From the NCBI RefSeq assembly GCF_000150275.1, contig NW_002060960.1, positions 1,006,469-1,070,468 on the forward strand: a stretch of 64,000 bases of DNA. Direction: 5' to 3'. The notes beneath the pieces are model-generated. The model saw only the letters and a list, made by a program, of their open reading frames with translations, had not been told where the DNA came from and did not search any database. The position numbers and the translations under genes were made by a program. Shown here piece after piece: positions 26,453 through 41,900 of this stretch; positions within the stretch are counted from its first letter, which is position 1; the number at the start of each line of letters is the position of its first letter. The DNA comes from Trichoplax adhaerens (Eukaryota; Animalia; Placozoa).

Positions 26453-27410
26453 CTTCATCCTCAGCTTATATATGTTAATAAGCAATGCAAGCACTTCTAT
26501 AGTTGGCTCTTATGTCAGTCATTTTTACAGATTTTAGCATCCTTTCTAATCTTCGATTCGCTCACACATAGTGATGATGACAGATATCAGCACAATTATA
26601 TCAATAACGGAGGAGAGAAATTTGAAATTATAATGAAATTTAGTAAGATAATGGTGGAATTTTAGTGTAGCTCAGAATTCAGAAAGAATTAACAAGCGAA
26701 TCTAATTGTTATATTTAGCAATCGTAAAATATTGTAGTAATACTTCATATGAGTCGGCAAATTGCTATTATACTGGAGTCAGCATAAACACGTCTACACA
26801 AAATTCGAACTATTACTTTCAATGTTACCGCGTAACTAATTTCATCTTGTAATTTAAATTTATAAGATTTCTTATGCTCAGTGGGTTCATGCGGCTATTA
26901 TGGCGATTGTAAGATAGAGAAAAATTAACCAAGCTGTAGGCAAGTCTAATTTCATACTGTCATTTGCCTTTATAAGATTTCCCTCGCTCAGCTGGTTACT
27001 ACAGCCATCATGGTAATTGTAAGATAAAGAATAATCAGCTATACTGCAGGTAAGTCTTGTAGTTTTCTCAATAAATGGTACTTCGCTTAGTATTCAGTTT
27101 CTATAGTGCTAAAAAATAGTCGAAATTCTAGGTTAATAAATCATTTTTGTAAATCGTATAGTTATAGTAACGGAAATCAAGATGTAAAACGTCAAAGTTC
27201 ATATATCAGATTAAACAGTAGAAAATAGTTGTTCGATTTCTATGCCGCACATGTAAGGAAATTAGTGCGAATTGAATTTAATAGGAAATAATTATGCTGA
27301 TTCATCTGATTTTATTACCTTTCCAGCTAGATGATACATTGGTGTAACAATTGGAAGTGCTTTCCGAGGCTACATTAATTATATTTATCGGTAGTTACCA
27401 TAAAAGATAT
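26453..27410 (+). pseudogene. decayed 3' part (Ig-EGF-EGF-TM) of a paralog of the large SRCR/EGF/Ig receptor
   Basis: LISNASTSIVGSYVS and LASFLIFDSLTHSDDDRYQH resemble Ig4 [15 protein letters not shown] and [17 protein letters not shown]. Two tandem half-EGF exons (FLCSVGSCGYYGDCKIEKN*PSC; FPRSAGYYSHHGNCKIKNNQLYC|gtaagt) resemble [16 protein letters not shown]...PSC|gt. TM remnant *YIGVTIG resembles SYIGIATG. Confidence 0.7.
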
Positions 27411-29908
27411 AGTGAATATTCAGTGATTAATTCTATATTATTGTTTAAAGCTAATATCTCAGAAATTACTACAGAAATATAGACTTTAAAGTTCATTCGC
27501 TTTTAGATTAACTATAGTCATTGCTACTGTAATTAATCTTGTAGTAGAAGCAAATTCGATAACTTTTGACTTAAATCTAAACTGGATCAACCTAAATAAA
27601 TATAATGAAATGGGTTTACAACAGTACCGGAGTTGAAAATTGCCCTAGCAAAGAATTATAGAATGCTCTTGTAATAGCCTAAATGTTGTATCTATGTTCA
27701 CTATAAATCCAGATCGCAAAGATTAGGTGTTGATTTACATACTTACTCTGATTACGAAAGGCAATTACTCACGTAGGAATCTAAGGAAGTTTCTACTAGA
27801 TAAGAAGAACCAAGATTCAGATATACTACTACTAAACCATAATTATTTCCAAATGTTGAACGAATTGGAATTGCTATTATTAACTTAAATAGGAAAACCT
27901 GACGTTGATGTCAATTTTTTAAGACAACTGCAGATCTTTAAGAAAGACTATTCTGATTTATACAAAACTATGGGATCGACAATGCGATTTATTATGGAAT
28001 GGATATGTACATATATGCAATGATCGAATGCAATGATTTGATTATCGTATGGTTATTATACGGATATACATATACTAAAACTACCAATACACTGCAAGGC
28101 TTATACACTAAATCGCTATTCAATCGTCATTCAATACAAATTACCGTTACTATTCAACTCTACTCTTCTCTACTTCTCTCTTACTATACCTCAATACTAT
28201 TCTACAAGAGGAGAATAGAATATTTTGTAGCCTTTTACAGTTTAGTAAGAGAGACCGGATCATTTTTATTTATTTTATTTTGCTCATTCATGATAGACGA
28301 TCACATGCATGCAACCAGATAATGAAAATCCAATCCCAAGGTTTGTTGTTGTACTGTATGAGGTTGTAATTGCTAAAGTAACAGTAATAAAAAGTAAAAA
28401 GCGTTTATTAACGAAATATTGAACTTATACACCATTGCCAATTGTACTATGAGTGGAAGCAAAGCTTTGAAAGAACAATTCGTGGGTGATGCTATTTACA
28501 TCGAAATCATCGACAACATTGAAGATAGCGATCAATACGATTGCAGTTTTATAACTAGAAGCGGTTACATTGACCTCAACGAAGTTGAGTTAATGACTGT
28601 GAACATCATTATCTACCAATGAATGATTTTACGATACCTGTGATGTATCGAAAAAGTTATCATGACGGTCAATCACTTACAGTATATCAGTTACTCTTTC
28701 TTTACGTTTACAACCCTCTTTTTTCATGAATCGTTTCAACTTTGACTGTTTAACTAAGTGAAGGCAAATAGCGGGTAAAACTTGGCCGTTTGCTGCACAG
28801 CTTTGCAAGGACAGTCTATTAATATACTGTAGTTCATGATTTTACCCTAAAAAATAAATTGTTACTGAATGATATACGCGTATGCAAAATTCAAATGTTA
28901 CCATGATACACTATTCCCTTTGCCCCTCAACCATTAAGAAAATAAGATTGATCAATATACAGCACACTTTTCAATGCACTAATCTGTGTCTAAAACGAAG
29001 TGAATACAGTAATCTGTTCAGTACCCAATGAATTTATTATGGTGTAAACAATGTGTGAAATAAATCTGCTTTATCCTACAGCATTAAGGAAGATTGATCT
29101 GAGTATAGGACAACATGAGCGGAATACTAATATCCAATTAATTTATGATGGTGCAAATGGATGACGGAAAATAGATCAATTGTATCCTACAGGTGCGCTA
29201 CAACATTAAAATTAGTTAATATTCAATGTCTAGAAGGAAACATGAGATACATTAGGTATAAACTGGATTGATGATACTACAAACACATCTTTCTTAAGTA
29301 TGGTATTTTGTACGCTGCCGTATTCCATATAATAATTTAAAGTCTTGATGAATTTTCAAGATACGATGGAAGCCGAAATCTTGTGCTGTACGGCCACATA
29401 ATGCATATCCAAAATTAACAATATTGATTTGAAATTTACTGTCGGTTAGTAGCGAACTTTGCATCCCAATGAGCTCACTAGGAAAAGCTAGAAAGCATTT
29501 TAAGTGTTTGAGAGTTTTTATAGAGATTAATGCTAACGTCATGAAAGCAAAAGGAACAGAATTAAAATAGAATAGAAAGAAACAGCTTTAATGTGTCCCA
29601 TTATAATTTTTAGTAATTATAACTTGAACTAGGCATGGAATAGACTGAATTTAGTGATTTTAAATTGTTTCTATTTTATTGTCTTTAAGCTAAAATTTAA
29701 ATAATGTACCAGAACCAGCTAAAATGCCTGAGGTAAAGTTGTAGCCAGAAAATCTGATATTGGATACGATGCATATTAGAGATCTAAAATTTCAGTTATT
29801 TACTTTATCATGGACTACCGTATGTGATGCATCCTAGTATATCTTTAATTTCTTGCTTTATCTGAGAGTACTTTGCACAGCTTAAAGATTTGACGGTTTT
29901 TCAGATAA

Positions 29909-29958
29909 NNNNNNNNNNNNNNNNNNNNNNNNNNNNNNNNNNNNNNNNNNNNNNNNNN
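29909..29958. other. assembly gap (50 N)
   Basis: Run of N. Confidence 1.
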
Positions 29959-30914
29959 AAATCATATTACGGTAAGACAACAAATAGCCGCATAATAGCA
30001 TTAAATATTTATGACTAAGGCCTAAAAGTCGTCATGTTAGAAAAAAAATTCTTGCTCTCAATTCTTTTGTTATCTAGTAGACCTTGCTAATCTCTTTGGT
30101 ATTTCTCTCTAGTTGAGGCTATTGTTTTATCGGTAATTAATAACTGTATAACGGTAGTTTATACAGTTACCTATACATTAGCTTTCTCCATCTAACACTT
30201 GCAGAATTGATAATGAAATTTTAGGATGATTTTTACTGTATATACGATTTTCTGCATTCTATTTTATCCCAAACCATATTAGATTAAATATACTACTATA
30301 ATACTAACGTAAATCTAATATAATCCTCTTCTTAATACAAATTGTTTATCGTAACTAAAAACTAGCGGTGCTCACGCATATTAAGGTTATCAGGCTGTAG
30401 CTCCATCTAATAGTTTAATTATTCCTTAGATTTAATTAATTTTCACCTATTGTCTTAAATCTATATTATGGCATAGCGTAATAGCCGCATACATTTAATT
30501 TTATAGAACGATTATTATGATTATTCCGCTAATTACAGGCATAATTGAAATCATCTTTGCACTAGAACTTGTAAATTATAAATTATACCGTTAATTACTG
30601 TAACAATTTTCATAGAATGTCATCGAATCGTCGTACTTGTTTGGTAATACTGCAGTATCCAATAATATATAGGTAATCTTTACTTCTGTGAATGTGAAGA
30701 GAAAACTTAATTAACTCATTTGCATTCAAGTAGAAATGAGAGAGCATGTACAAATACTGCTGAAGATTGAAACTACTATTTATCACAACAGCACCCACGC
30801 ATATCCCAAAGGTCGTAGCTGAATGCGTACAGTAAATTCTTCCATTTCAATTATTGAAAAACTCTGAATAGTAAGAACTAATTCCGTTAGCTAACTTGGT
30901 CAAACAACAAAATT

Positions 30915-33491
30915 ATGGCTTCTAGTACAAGTGGCAAAATTCAAACAACCTGCGAAACGAATAGCCTATGGGAGAATAATGCTTTGTATGATTCGGATTA
31001 TAGCGAAATGAGCGATATCGATCTCAACTCACAGTATGTCGATATCTGGCATGAAAAAGAAGTCTATAACTACGGTTTACTCGACGATATGGCAGTAACA
31101 GATGTCGAAGACAACGATGAAAATAATTTTTATACTCCACGTGTGGAGCATACGTCGCCACTGCAATTTCTAGACTATACTAATATTTGGCAGCCGGCTA
31201 AAAATGCTCGACCAATGCCGCATAGTTTCAGAGGTGATCACGGCTTAACCGTAGATACTACTGGCTTCCATCCACGAGATTACTTTAGGCTATTTGTTAC
31301 CGAAGATTTGCTAACCTATTTTGTAGCAGAAACAAACTTGTTTGCTCTACAGTATCTGCGCGATTATCCGAAAACATCCAAGTTCGCTAAACTTCCGAGC
31401 TGGATGCCCACTAACGTAGCTGAAATGAAAAAGTTTCTTGGCTTGTTATTGTTGATGGGTATCATTCGAAAGCCATATATTAGCCATTACTGGTTTACTG
31501 ATCCTTTATATGATACACCAATCTTTCGATCGGTTATGACTTGTCATCGTTTTCAATTGCTTTTAAAATTTTTCCACCTAAACGATAATGATAACATGCC
31601 AGACAAGACTGATCCTAATCATGATCGCCTGTATAAAGTAAGACCACTAATAGATCATCTATTCGAATATTTTCAAGCAGTTTATGTCGTGGAACAGAAT
31701 TTGGCAATCGATGAATCTTTTCTTGTCTGGAAAAAAAGGCTCCAACTTCAAGATTTTCGCTTTAAACGTACCCGCTTCGGAATCAAACTAATTCGGCTCT
31801 GCGAATGCAGTACTGGATACACTTTTCGATTTAAGTTATACGTCAATGATAAAGATCCAACTGAGTGCTTAAAGCAAATACTACCTATTCATTCTGAGAA
31901 CTTTAATAAAGCTGAAAAGCTGGCTATATTTCTGTTGCTACCTCTACTAGACCAGGGCTACAATATTTACATGGACAATAACCGATTATCGCTCGATTTA
32001 TGTTCATTCCTGTACCGACGTAAAACTAATGCTTGTGGCATGCTAAATTCCAGCAAAATGCCTGAAATAATTCGCGGTGTAAGCACTGCATTTAAATCAA
32101 CCTCTGCCTATCGATCAGGCCCTATTCTTTGCTTAAAGCAAATGGATAGAATACCTCTCTATATGCTAACCACCATTCATGATGAGCAGATAGCTGAAGA
32201 ACTTAAAGAAAGTGACAAAGCATATGGTCAATATCGTCAAGGAAGGCCTTCGGCGATGCTTTGCTATATGAAAAATATGAGGAATATAGACAAGCAGGAT
32301 CAGGTAAGTAAGCATTCTTACGCATTATAGGATGGTGGTAATTATCATCTAGGTCTTAATGTAAAACATTTAATGCATCTTACCCACTGTCTATTGTAAA
32401 ATCTTAATCGATTATCCTATTAATGCGTGTTCCAGTCTAGCTTTGAATATCTTAGATTTAAGATCCAGAAGTGAAATGCAATATAATTAATTCAAGTCTG
32501 AATACAACGACAACAGTTAATTTTAATATGAAACTTGTTTAGAAGTCTACTGAGACACTAGATAAATAGGCAAATGAGCATATTACAAGAGTATAAGCAG
32601 AGTTTTAGAAAATTTATAGTAAATCTTTAACTGAAACATTCTTGAAATAGCCTTTGATACCGCTTATCCATTGCAATATTTACTCTTATACTTTAGAAAT
32701 ACCCGGCATTTTCATCATATACTTTAAAATTCAAATAATTCTGGGAAAGTTAAGGGTCCTCAAGAGTTGAAAATGGAATCGATTTATATTACCTGTATTC
32801 TGTAATCGGGGTTTATCGCTACTTTCAAATTGCGTTTATTTTTAAATCTCCTGTATTTTAAAATAAGTGAATCGCAGTCAGCTTAAATTACAATTTATAA
32901 CTAATAACCATATACTCATATTATCCCGGAATATTACACAACAGGTGTTAGTTATTTGTCATCTACTAACCTGCTGCAATTCATGATAGATGATAAAAGC
33001 GTGCAGTGCTACTAGAAGCACGTTCAAGTGGTATAAATCATTGGCATTATTCTTACTTCAAATCAGTTTACTAAATGCCTTTATAATTTATCGAAAAGAC
33101 CAACCAAAGTCACGCAAGTCGTTCTTGGAGTTTCAGCACGACGTAATTGATTTTTTATCAAAATAGGAACTGATATTGACATTGCTTACTACTATATATA
33201 TCAGCTTGGATTATATTTCATTTATAGGTTTTAAGTGATTACTTATTTGGAGACTTGGAGCCACAGCTTGCTAAGAGAGATACCGTTATCAGACTGAGTG
33301 GTAAACATTACTTAGTTAAATTCGAACGTAGGTCGAAATCAAAAAAGCCATATCCACTCTGCCAAGTTTGCCTGAAGAAAAAAATAACACTGGAAGTAAC
33401 TACCCTATGTCCTGTTTGTCCTAAAAAACCTGGCCTATGCATGGATCCTTGCTTTCTAAAATTTCATTCAAAACTAAAATATTGGATTTAA
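30915..33491 (+). CDS. piggyBac transposase-derived gene (PGBD4-like), copy 1, spliced, degenerate catalytic motif context
   Basis: Exons 30915-32303, 32990-33142, 33228-33491 (phase-0 introns, open frame). Acidic N-terminus; AIDES, YMDNN, MRNIDKQD, KWYKSL; C-terminal CxxC...CxxC...C...C...H cysteine-rich domain. Confidence 0.9.
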
Positions 33492-33979
33492 GTTGAACCA
33501 GAATGTTGCTTGGAACTCAAAGTTATAATTAATACAAGTATTTTAAAAATTGTTTTTTCTTGGTCTCCGATTCGATTCTTAACGGTATCCAGAGTTTTAT
33601 TGTTGTGAAATATCTTGATGAAAGAGCATTTAGAGTAACATTTCCGTGATTTATCATCGATAGTATTTCTAGTTTGATCTTGTAGCTGTACCTAAATTAT
33701 GTTAGTAAAAATTTAAATCTCTAAATTTGGTATAAAATTACATAGTTAAACGAATTTGATAGTGTCCATATTTTAGAGTGATATTAGGAAATGAATTTGG
33801 CAAACAGGCCACTATCTCCATCTAGTATAAGAATTTCGTATTATTTAAATGTATTCGTTGATGGAATGATGATTTTTAGAGAATCCGTTATTGTGTCGAT
33901 AAATTATTGCACATCTGACGAGCCATTTCTGAATACTTTTCGTATTGATTGTCAACAACAAAAAGTATTACATGCAGTA

Positions 33980-34087
33980 ATGAAAATTTTTCATCCCAAT
34001 TTGTATGTTAATAAGCGTAAAGCGTGCATATGTACATTAGCGATATTATTTGCAATTTTTGGAGTAATTTATACTTTCTGGGAACAG
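33980..34087 (+). CDS. orphan first-exon candidate encoding a signal-anchor
   Basis: MKIFHPNLYVNKRKACICTLAILFAIFGVIYTFWEQ followed by the strong phase-0 donor cag|gtatgt. No downstream exon identified. Confidence 0.35.
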
Positions 34088-35947
34088 GTATGTCGCAAAT
34101 ATCTAGAAAGATTTGTCTTTTGATAATAAACACCTTTTGCCCTCATTTCTTATAATGGGTTGCTATGTTAAGGTGAGCTCTTTGCCATGGCCTTTGTACT
34201 TAAAGCTAAGCTAGGTGATTAGGGCTATTAATAATTATTGTTTCAAGAAGATTTATGACAATCATTCACGTGAGTTTAACTACATTGCGGTGCTTTTATT
34301 AGAATGGTTAAAATTTCGCTTACTAGAGATATATCAAGAAAATCTATAACCTATTAAGGTGATCATACCCGATTTTGCTGTTTAGTTTGTTCTCAACAGT
34401 TTGCTTTACTAAATCCTGACTATAATTGCAAACTATATGTATAAATCCATCCATAATTTCTTTCAACTGATTCATACTAAATCATGCTAAATGAAATTGA
34501 TTAATTGATCTCATACAGCTTCTATCAGTTTCATTCTCTAATCGAATCGAAAATGGAAAATTAATGATATAACCGAAAATATTTCTCAGTTACTGTTTAT
34601 AATAACAACAATTGACTGCTGGCAGAGTAGAAAATGTAGCATTCAACATGTTTTGATAAATTTAGATACATAATAATGGGATAATTATTGTCATAAATTT
34701 TATTAAAAATATACCGTTAAAACCCCTGCCGGTAAGTGATATTGTAATATGCAACGCCGAGTAATACATTAATTTTTATAAATTATTCTGTTATGTATTG
34801 AAATATTCACATAATAAACTTTTCCATTTATATCCTTTTTCTCGACGGCTCCAGTATCTCGGTTCCCTCTGTGTTAGTCAATACTAAATACTATAAGGCC
34901 ATCAGCTTAGGCGGTTGCGGGTCTAATAAATTAATTTAGCCATTATTCATATACTATAGAATATCGTAACTCTATTAATTCCGTTATTATCTTCTGGCCA
35001 ATAAGAGCGCTGTAATGGCTTAAAGTTACGCCCATTCCTTAAGCGATTACTATTTCTGTATTTATAATGATATGAGCCTTCTTCCGTTAATATTTTAGTG
35101 TGACAATCATCTGACCTGACTACATTGTAGCTAAAGTACTTCTCTACTTAGTATACTAAAGTCTAGAAATTATGAACAAAATTGTCTCAGTTGGTGCTAA
35201 AAGTATTAAAGTACAGCCATTTAAAAGCATTTTCTAATCGATTGGTAATGATATCAACAGATGTAAAACATACCTTAATCTTTTGCTTAATTTCCTTATA
35301 AGATCGTTGCAAATTTTGAGACGGATCTATTGTAGTAAAATGTCATTCAAGATATTTGAGTCATGATTTTCTACTGCAAAATTAACGTACTTGTGCTGGT
35401 AAGTTATTCAAATAAGTACTACCAATCTTTTACTCTTAATATATAAATTAGATTTTTAATGACTAGTATTGAATGATGTTTATGCTATCATCCAAAATAG
35501 AATATTAACATTCAAGATTGAGTATTTCAGTTTTACGTTATAATAAGCTTGATCTAAAGTTTCATCAGTTAGTACTAAATATAAGCCCTTCACTAAATTA
35601 TAAGAGTCATAACACGATAGTATGGAGTAAAGGATTGATATTACATGCTTTAAGTAACTAACTGCAGTTTATACAGCCGTAATTAGAACTTAAACGATTT
35701 TACTATTTGCCAGTAGATGAAACTTTACGATAGTTGTTCCGGTGTATAAATATGAGTAGTTACAGCAGTTTTCTTAGCCACCGTTAGTGCAGCTATTAAA
35801 CAGACTATGTCGTAGGAAACGATCATAAGTCTATTTATGTTCTGTCTATTTAATTAATCGATGATTGCTAGTATACAGACAATATCAGTTATATAACGTA
35901 AAATACTTATGATCAAAAATACTTTAATATAATCTACTCTATGCACC

Positions 35948-38900
35948 ATGAAGGTAGTTTTTCTCTAGTCTTGATCCTTCTATCATTAAATAGCTATTAA
36001 CAATTTACTCTATTGAAGGCATAAAACGTGTAATGTGATTAACGCTACTCAAATTTTTTTATTACAGCCTTGGATTTAATGATGCCATAGCTTTAATAAA
36101 TTTCTAAATCAAATCTTCCTTGCAGGTCTCGGTTATATGCTTTATCCATTTAACAAGCAATACTAATATAGCCTTGAGTAAGTGCAACTTCAATCAAATA
36201 CTTTAATTTTGTCATTATTTTAAACCTTACCTACGTCAGATCATGATTGCAGTATTATGGCTTTAAAGCTCTTTATTCTTAATGTAATAATATAGCTACA
36301 AATTAGAAATCATTACATAAAACTGCATCTTTAGCTAGTATCTTTATATTACGCACACACAATTGGTAAAGGTTACAAATAGAAAGATCTCAGGAGGACC
36401 CGAAACCAATTATTATATCAGATTTTATTCACTAAATAAGCTAGTTTCTAGTAGCTAATTGAAAACAATATTTATTACATATAGAAAGCATTACGAAAGC
36501 GTTATGGGTTAAATTACTTTAGTAAAAGAACTATGGGATTACACAAACTTGTCATGCTATGAATTTCGCCTGTAATTTGTGTAACGTTCTTAGCCCGTAA
36601 CTTTATATTTGATCGCAGCATTGCCCATTCTAAAAATGATGTCTCTCCTTGATACTACATCCTTTAGCTAATTCGCAATCGTGCAATGGTAATCCTTGCA
36701 TGCAAGGTGTCTGTTATAATATTCAAGGCGCTGTAAAATGTTTGTGCTATTATGGATTTACGGGACAATCATGCCAAACAGGTAAGTGGCATTGTGCAAC
36801 TGAAATAGGGTATTTCGGCTTCATTAGATCTGAGCAAAATCTCCTTCTTGATAGGATAGCTTATATTCTACACGTGTACTAACTAGTAAAGATTTCCTTT
36901 AGTGTCTTTAATTTAGTTGAGACAATTGAATTTAAATGAGAAATATTTTGAAAGCCTGACTTAATTACAGCATAATTACAACATAAAGAAATAGTCGTTG
37001 ACGTCTACGAGAAGTTTAATTAAACCGAGAAAACAACTTACGCAGTTTTGGGTTTACTTATGTTGTTATGGAATCTAAATGCAACAATTTAGCAATATTT
37101 TCTAGAAAATTTTAGCTAATCTCAGCGTTACAGTCGTCGTATATCCGAATACTTTCTATTATCCCACCATTACTTTAATAGGATATGATGAATTACATTG
37201 ATCATTTAAGTGCACATAAACTGAGATGGCTTATCATATCTACAGCTTTAGACGGATCAAGTTACCCCTGTAGCAGCAACCCCTGCCATATTGGTAAATG
37301 TGTAACTGTTTACCAAACTTCTACCGGACTATCTTATATCTGCATGTGTCCAAACACCACTATAAATCAAGAATGCTATAATGCAGCAGCAAATAGACCA
37401 AGTAAGAAGCAGTTTGTTGTACAATCTACATGTCGAATCTACTATAAGCATTCTTTAATTTTCTATGCAGGTCTTTCAAGACCTTCCTATATCTAGTCAT
37501 ATTTTTTACTATCATAGATTTAATATTAATTGATGTAACATATTTTTAGCTCAAAGTTGTTCAGGAGGTTGTTTTAATAACCAATGTAAGAATAATGCTA
37601 TCTGCTATGGCTATTATGCGTATAATGCTTATTACTGTAAATGTCCGTACGGAACAACTGGAAAGAACTGTGAACAAACTTGTAAGTTGATACAAGAATT
37701 CTTTTATAGCAAAGAAAGCTGCAATTAAAATTTTCATTCCAGTAATTGCTAACACTAATAATAAGAGAAAGAATTTGCAATATAAAACAAAACTTTTATC
37801 AAAATTAGTTACCAAAAAAAATCAAAGAAATTTAAAAGAAATAGTAGTAAATTGAACGATATTGATTGCCAAATTCTCCTGCAGATATTCCTCCATGTTC
37901 GACCGTAAACTATTGTCAAAATAACGGAAATTGCACCACTAACTTCAATGGTCAAGAATATAAATGTTTATGTCAATACCCTTTCACTGGCAGAAGATGT
38001 GAAATCGGTAAGATTGAATTTTAAATAATATCAAGAAATTTACGCTGAAACTATGTGAATCGTAAGGACAAAATGAACTGAATTTTATTCTTCTATTAGA
38101 ATTAGCATGTGCTTCTTCACCATGCCAAAATAATAATTCATGTACAAACATAAACGATGGCCAGTCTTACCAATGTCACTGCAGCAACAAATTTACTGGA
38201 AAAAATTGTCAAATACGTAAGTAGTTATACAATGATAAAGTACGCCAGTGAACACTATAAACCTCTGATGTCATTGATATTATCATTCGGCAAATCCTGA
38301 TTCGCTATTGTAAAAAATCAAATTTTACAATGTTAGAGCCATATATTACAGTAATTAAACATTTCTTCATACCATAAATGAAAGATTTGTAAGAATACAA
38401 CAATTCCTTATTCAGTTACGTGTGTTATATTGATAGTATCTATTTTATGAATACTGTCGCTATAAAGCTGCTCTAGAAGAGTTCAAAATATTTCCTTGCA
38501 GTTTTGTAAATATTTCAGTATGTTCAATCATAATGTTTGTATATTTTATATCTCAAAAATGACATGATTGATTTATAGGTGACTATTGCAATTCCAATCC
38601 ATGCCAAAATAAAGGAATATGTTCTAATTCTCCCAATAACTATACTTGTCAGTGTGTATACCCTTTCAGAGGTTCCAGCTGTCAAATTCGTAAGTTTCCA
38701 TTACATAAGGGTCTTCTAATATCTAAGTAAAAGTGCTTCTGACGTTATCCTGATTTTTACCAGTTTTAATGACGGTCAAACTGATAGCTATCAATTTGAT
38801 CATAATTATCTCTAATGAAACTATTAGATTTCTTACATTTTCTTCATAACCATAAACTGCTTTATTTGCTCCATCGATGAAAGTCAAATGTTCTTAGTTT

Positions 38901-41900
38901 ATAATAGCAGCCATTGTAACATATTCTCGACTGGTAGCATAAACATAAATTATAATATTATGACCATACAGGCAATCCACAAGTAGGAGATGTTCGCCTA
39001 TTAACCGAAAATGAAACGAATGCTGGTGAGCTGCAAGTATACATTAACAAAGATTGGGGATATGTTTGCTTTAATGATGTCTTGGCAGGAAATCTAGCTG
39101 ATGTTGTTTGTCACCAGTTGGGTTATAACAGAGCAGAATACTTTACTGAAGTACAAAATCCAGGCCCATACTTACTTCCGTCTTTACAATGTAATACTAC
39201 ACTATCTACCTTGTTTGAGTGTAATGGAAATATTGATTTTGGAACAAGTTTTAACTGTTCTACATCCGCTAGATACTTTATAAGATGTGAAGGTAAGAAT
39301 TTTCTTTCCGTAATGATAGCACGTTCATTTTTTTAATTCATTAACTATAACCAGGCTCATCCTACAATGATGGCATTTATTTATAAATATTCGAACTTAT
39401 TGCTCACATCGAAGTATTTGCGCTATTACTTTAACCTTACGACACCTTTACTTTCTTGCCATAGCTGCATCAAATCACTGTGTCCCAAGTGGAAATAATA
39501 TTTGTACACAGCAAAATAAAATTTGCAAGGCCTTAAACTCTGGCTTCGTATGCACGTGTCGGGAAGGTTATACTGGTGTGAATTGTAAAACTCCAATCAG
39601 TACGTTAAATACTCATAGCAATATGATGTAGCTTGTATGAATCTTCATTTCATATAATTCATTTGTAAAGAAACTGTAATTATATATTACGCAAATATTT
39701 CAGGTTCTATTAGACACATTATCGAATTAGTATTGTCACATTAATTTTTTATAGCTGCTAATGATTACGATTGTAAACTCCTTAGAAAGAGACTCTGGTA
39801 TACCTTGCACTATGCTCAAAATTTGCTTCATAAAATTGAGCTAATAATATTCTATGTGAGCTTTGAATTAGATATAAAATTAAGTCATGCAATATCATTT
39901 TTATTACAGTATCACCATGGAAAGATGGAACAATTCGCATATACGACTATGAGCATGAAATTAAATCTACAGAATTAAGTTATCGAGCTGTTGGAGCCTT
40001 AGAGATTTTTCACTTAGGTGTTTGGGGTAGCATAAGCGCTAATAATCCATCGGTTGTTGCTGACATTGCATGTCGTCAATTAGGATATACTGTTGGCTAT
40101 CAGCGACATCATATAGAGAATTCTAGTCCATCCCCGTTCATAAAGTATTGGATCAATAATATTTATTGTAAAGGAGCAGAAACTACCATTCGACAATGCT
40201 TTTTTCAATTCGGAACAAATACGACGATGCCTAAGGCCCGTTACGACGTAAAATGTTTTAGTAAGTTACGGACGCACACAAATTGAAATGATATTCGTCA
40301 ATTATTTCGATTATAAGCAAGCTGTATTTTAAATTTCCTTTGGCCTATAATTCTGTATGTAGATGTAACCTGTAATCCAAATACTTGCCAAAATAATGCT
40401 ACATGTACTAGTACAAAGCTGGTAGTAAATGGTTTAGTTTCTGAAAAAGATGAATGTAAATGTACTTTTGGATACTATGGTGATGTTTGCCAACATATTG
40501 ATTTTTGTGCGACGCTGAAACCATGTCAAAATCAAGGTCAATGCGCTCTAGTAGCCTTCACATCTTACGATTGTCGATGTCCAAATTACTTTTTCGGAAG
40601 GCATTGCCAAATTGGTAATTAGCTTTTAACTATTTATTGGAATGTCAATAAGATCATTATTTACAGATTTTCGCTACAATGAAGTTAATTTTATGCTAAG
40701 ACTATTTATAACATTAACAGGAAAATTGTCCAATGGATCTTCACTTATCATCAACGGTAGTATTAATAGCAATGCAATCAATTTCGGACGAATCGATGTA
40801 GTTATTGGAAGGAGCGAAATAGTACCATTATGTAGCAATAAATTTACTATAAACGATGCTCATGTAATTTGCCAACATGCTGGATATGCAGGAGCTGTTA
40901 GCAAAATTGATGGTAGTATTTTTGGAAAAGATAAAGTTAAATACGGTTTGGCTAATATGAAATGTACTGGTTTTGAAAAATCTCTTTCCCAATGTTCGGG
41001 ATACAATTCCTATGTTACGAACTGTAATAACAGCTATGCAGGAGTAATTTGCTCAAGTAAGCAACATTCTATATCTTTTACGGAATATTTTAATGACGGT
41101 AGATCATGTTATAAGAAGTTAAAAACGCCATAGTTTTTAATCATATATCATCTATGTCCATTAGTGTATATCATACCGAAACGCAAAAGATACCGTTTAT
41201 TGTAAAAGTGTCTATGTTACTAATAATTGCCATCCGAATTAAATGGTATCTTACAATTTAATTTTATCATTTTATAAACAGCTAATAAGCCTTGCACATC
41301 AAATCCTTGCCAAAATGGTGGTACCTGTATAAATATGTTTTTTGGATTTCAATGCAAATGCGGTATTAATTACTTTGGAAGAACATGTGTTAGTGGTAAG
41401 TTAATTTCATTTGTATAAGCTACCATTCGACACGATGGCAACACTATATTATTTCTTTTATTAATTAATTAATTTTATGCGATCTATATGTTTTGCATCA
41501 TCATTTATGTTGATACTGCCGAAAATTCGCTAAAACTTTATAGCGAAACTACTTCTTGAAAAGAAGAGATAATCCTTAGTATCATATTCAATTTCGAATT
41601 ATATTGCTATTGCAGTTTCAGAAGCTTCTGGGTCAATAAGACTTGTCGGACAGTCAGAAAATAGTATGCAAGGACGACCTCAAATATTTATCAATAACTT
41701 ATGGATCAATATTTGTACGCCAATCAATGCTTATCATAATATGCGTGCTATCTGTTCGAAAATGGGCTACATCTTTGCTACAGCTAGTAAAGCGGACACA
41801 CAAAATTATCGAGGTTCTGCATCCTACGAATTGCAATGCAACGGAAAGGAGGCAGATATTAAAGAATGCAAGTATACTTTGGTTAAAAATTCTACGCATA

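Noticed and set aside
27600-28622. ORFs 27999-28322 and 28419-28622 and adjacent stop-ridden frames
   Set aside because: No recognisable domain or consistent splice structure; may be old debris but cannot be supported.
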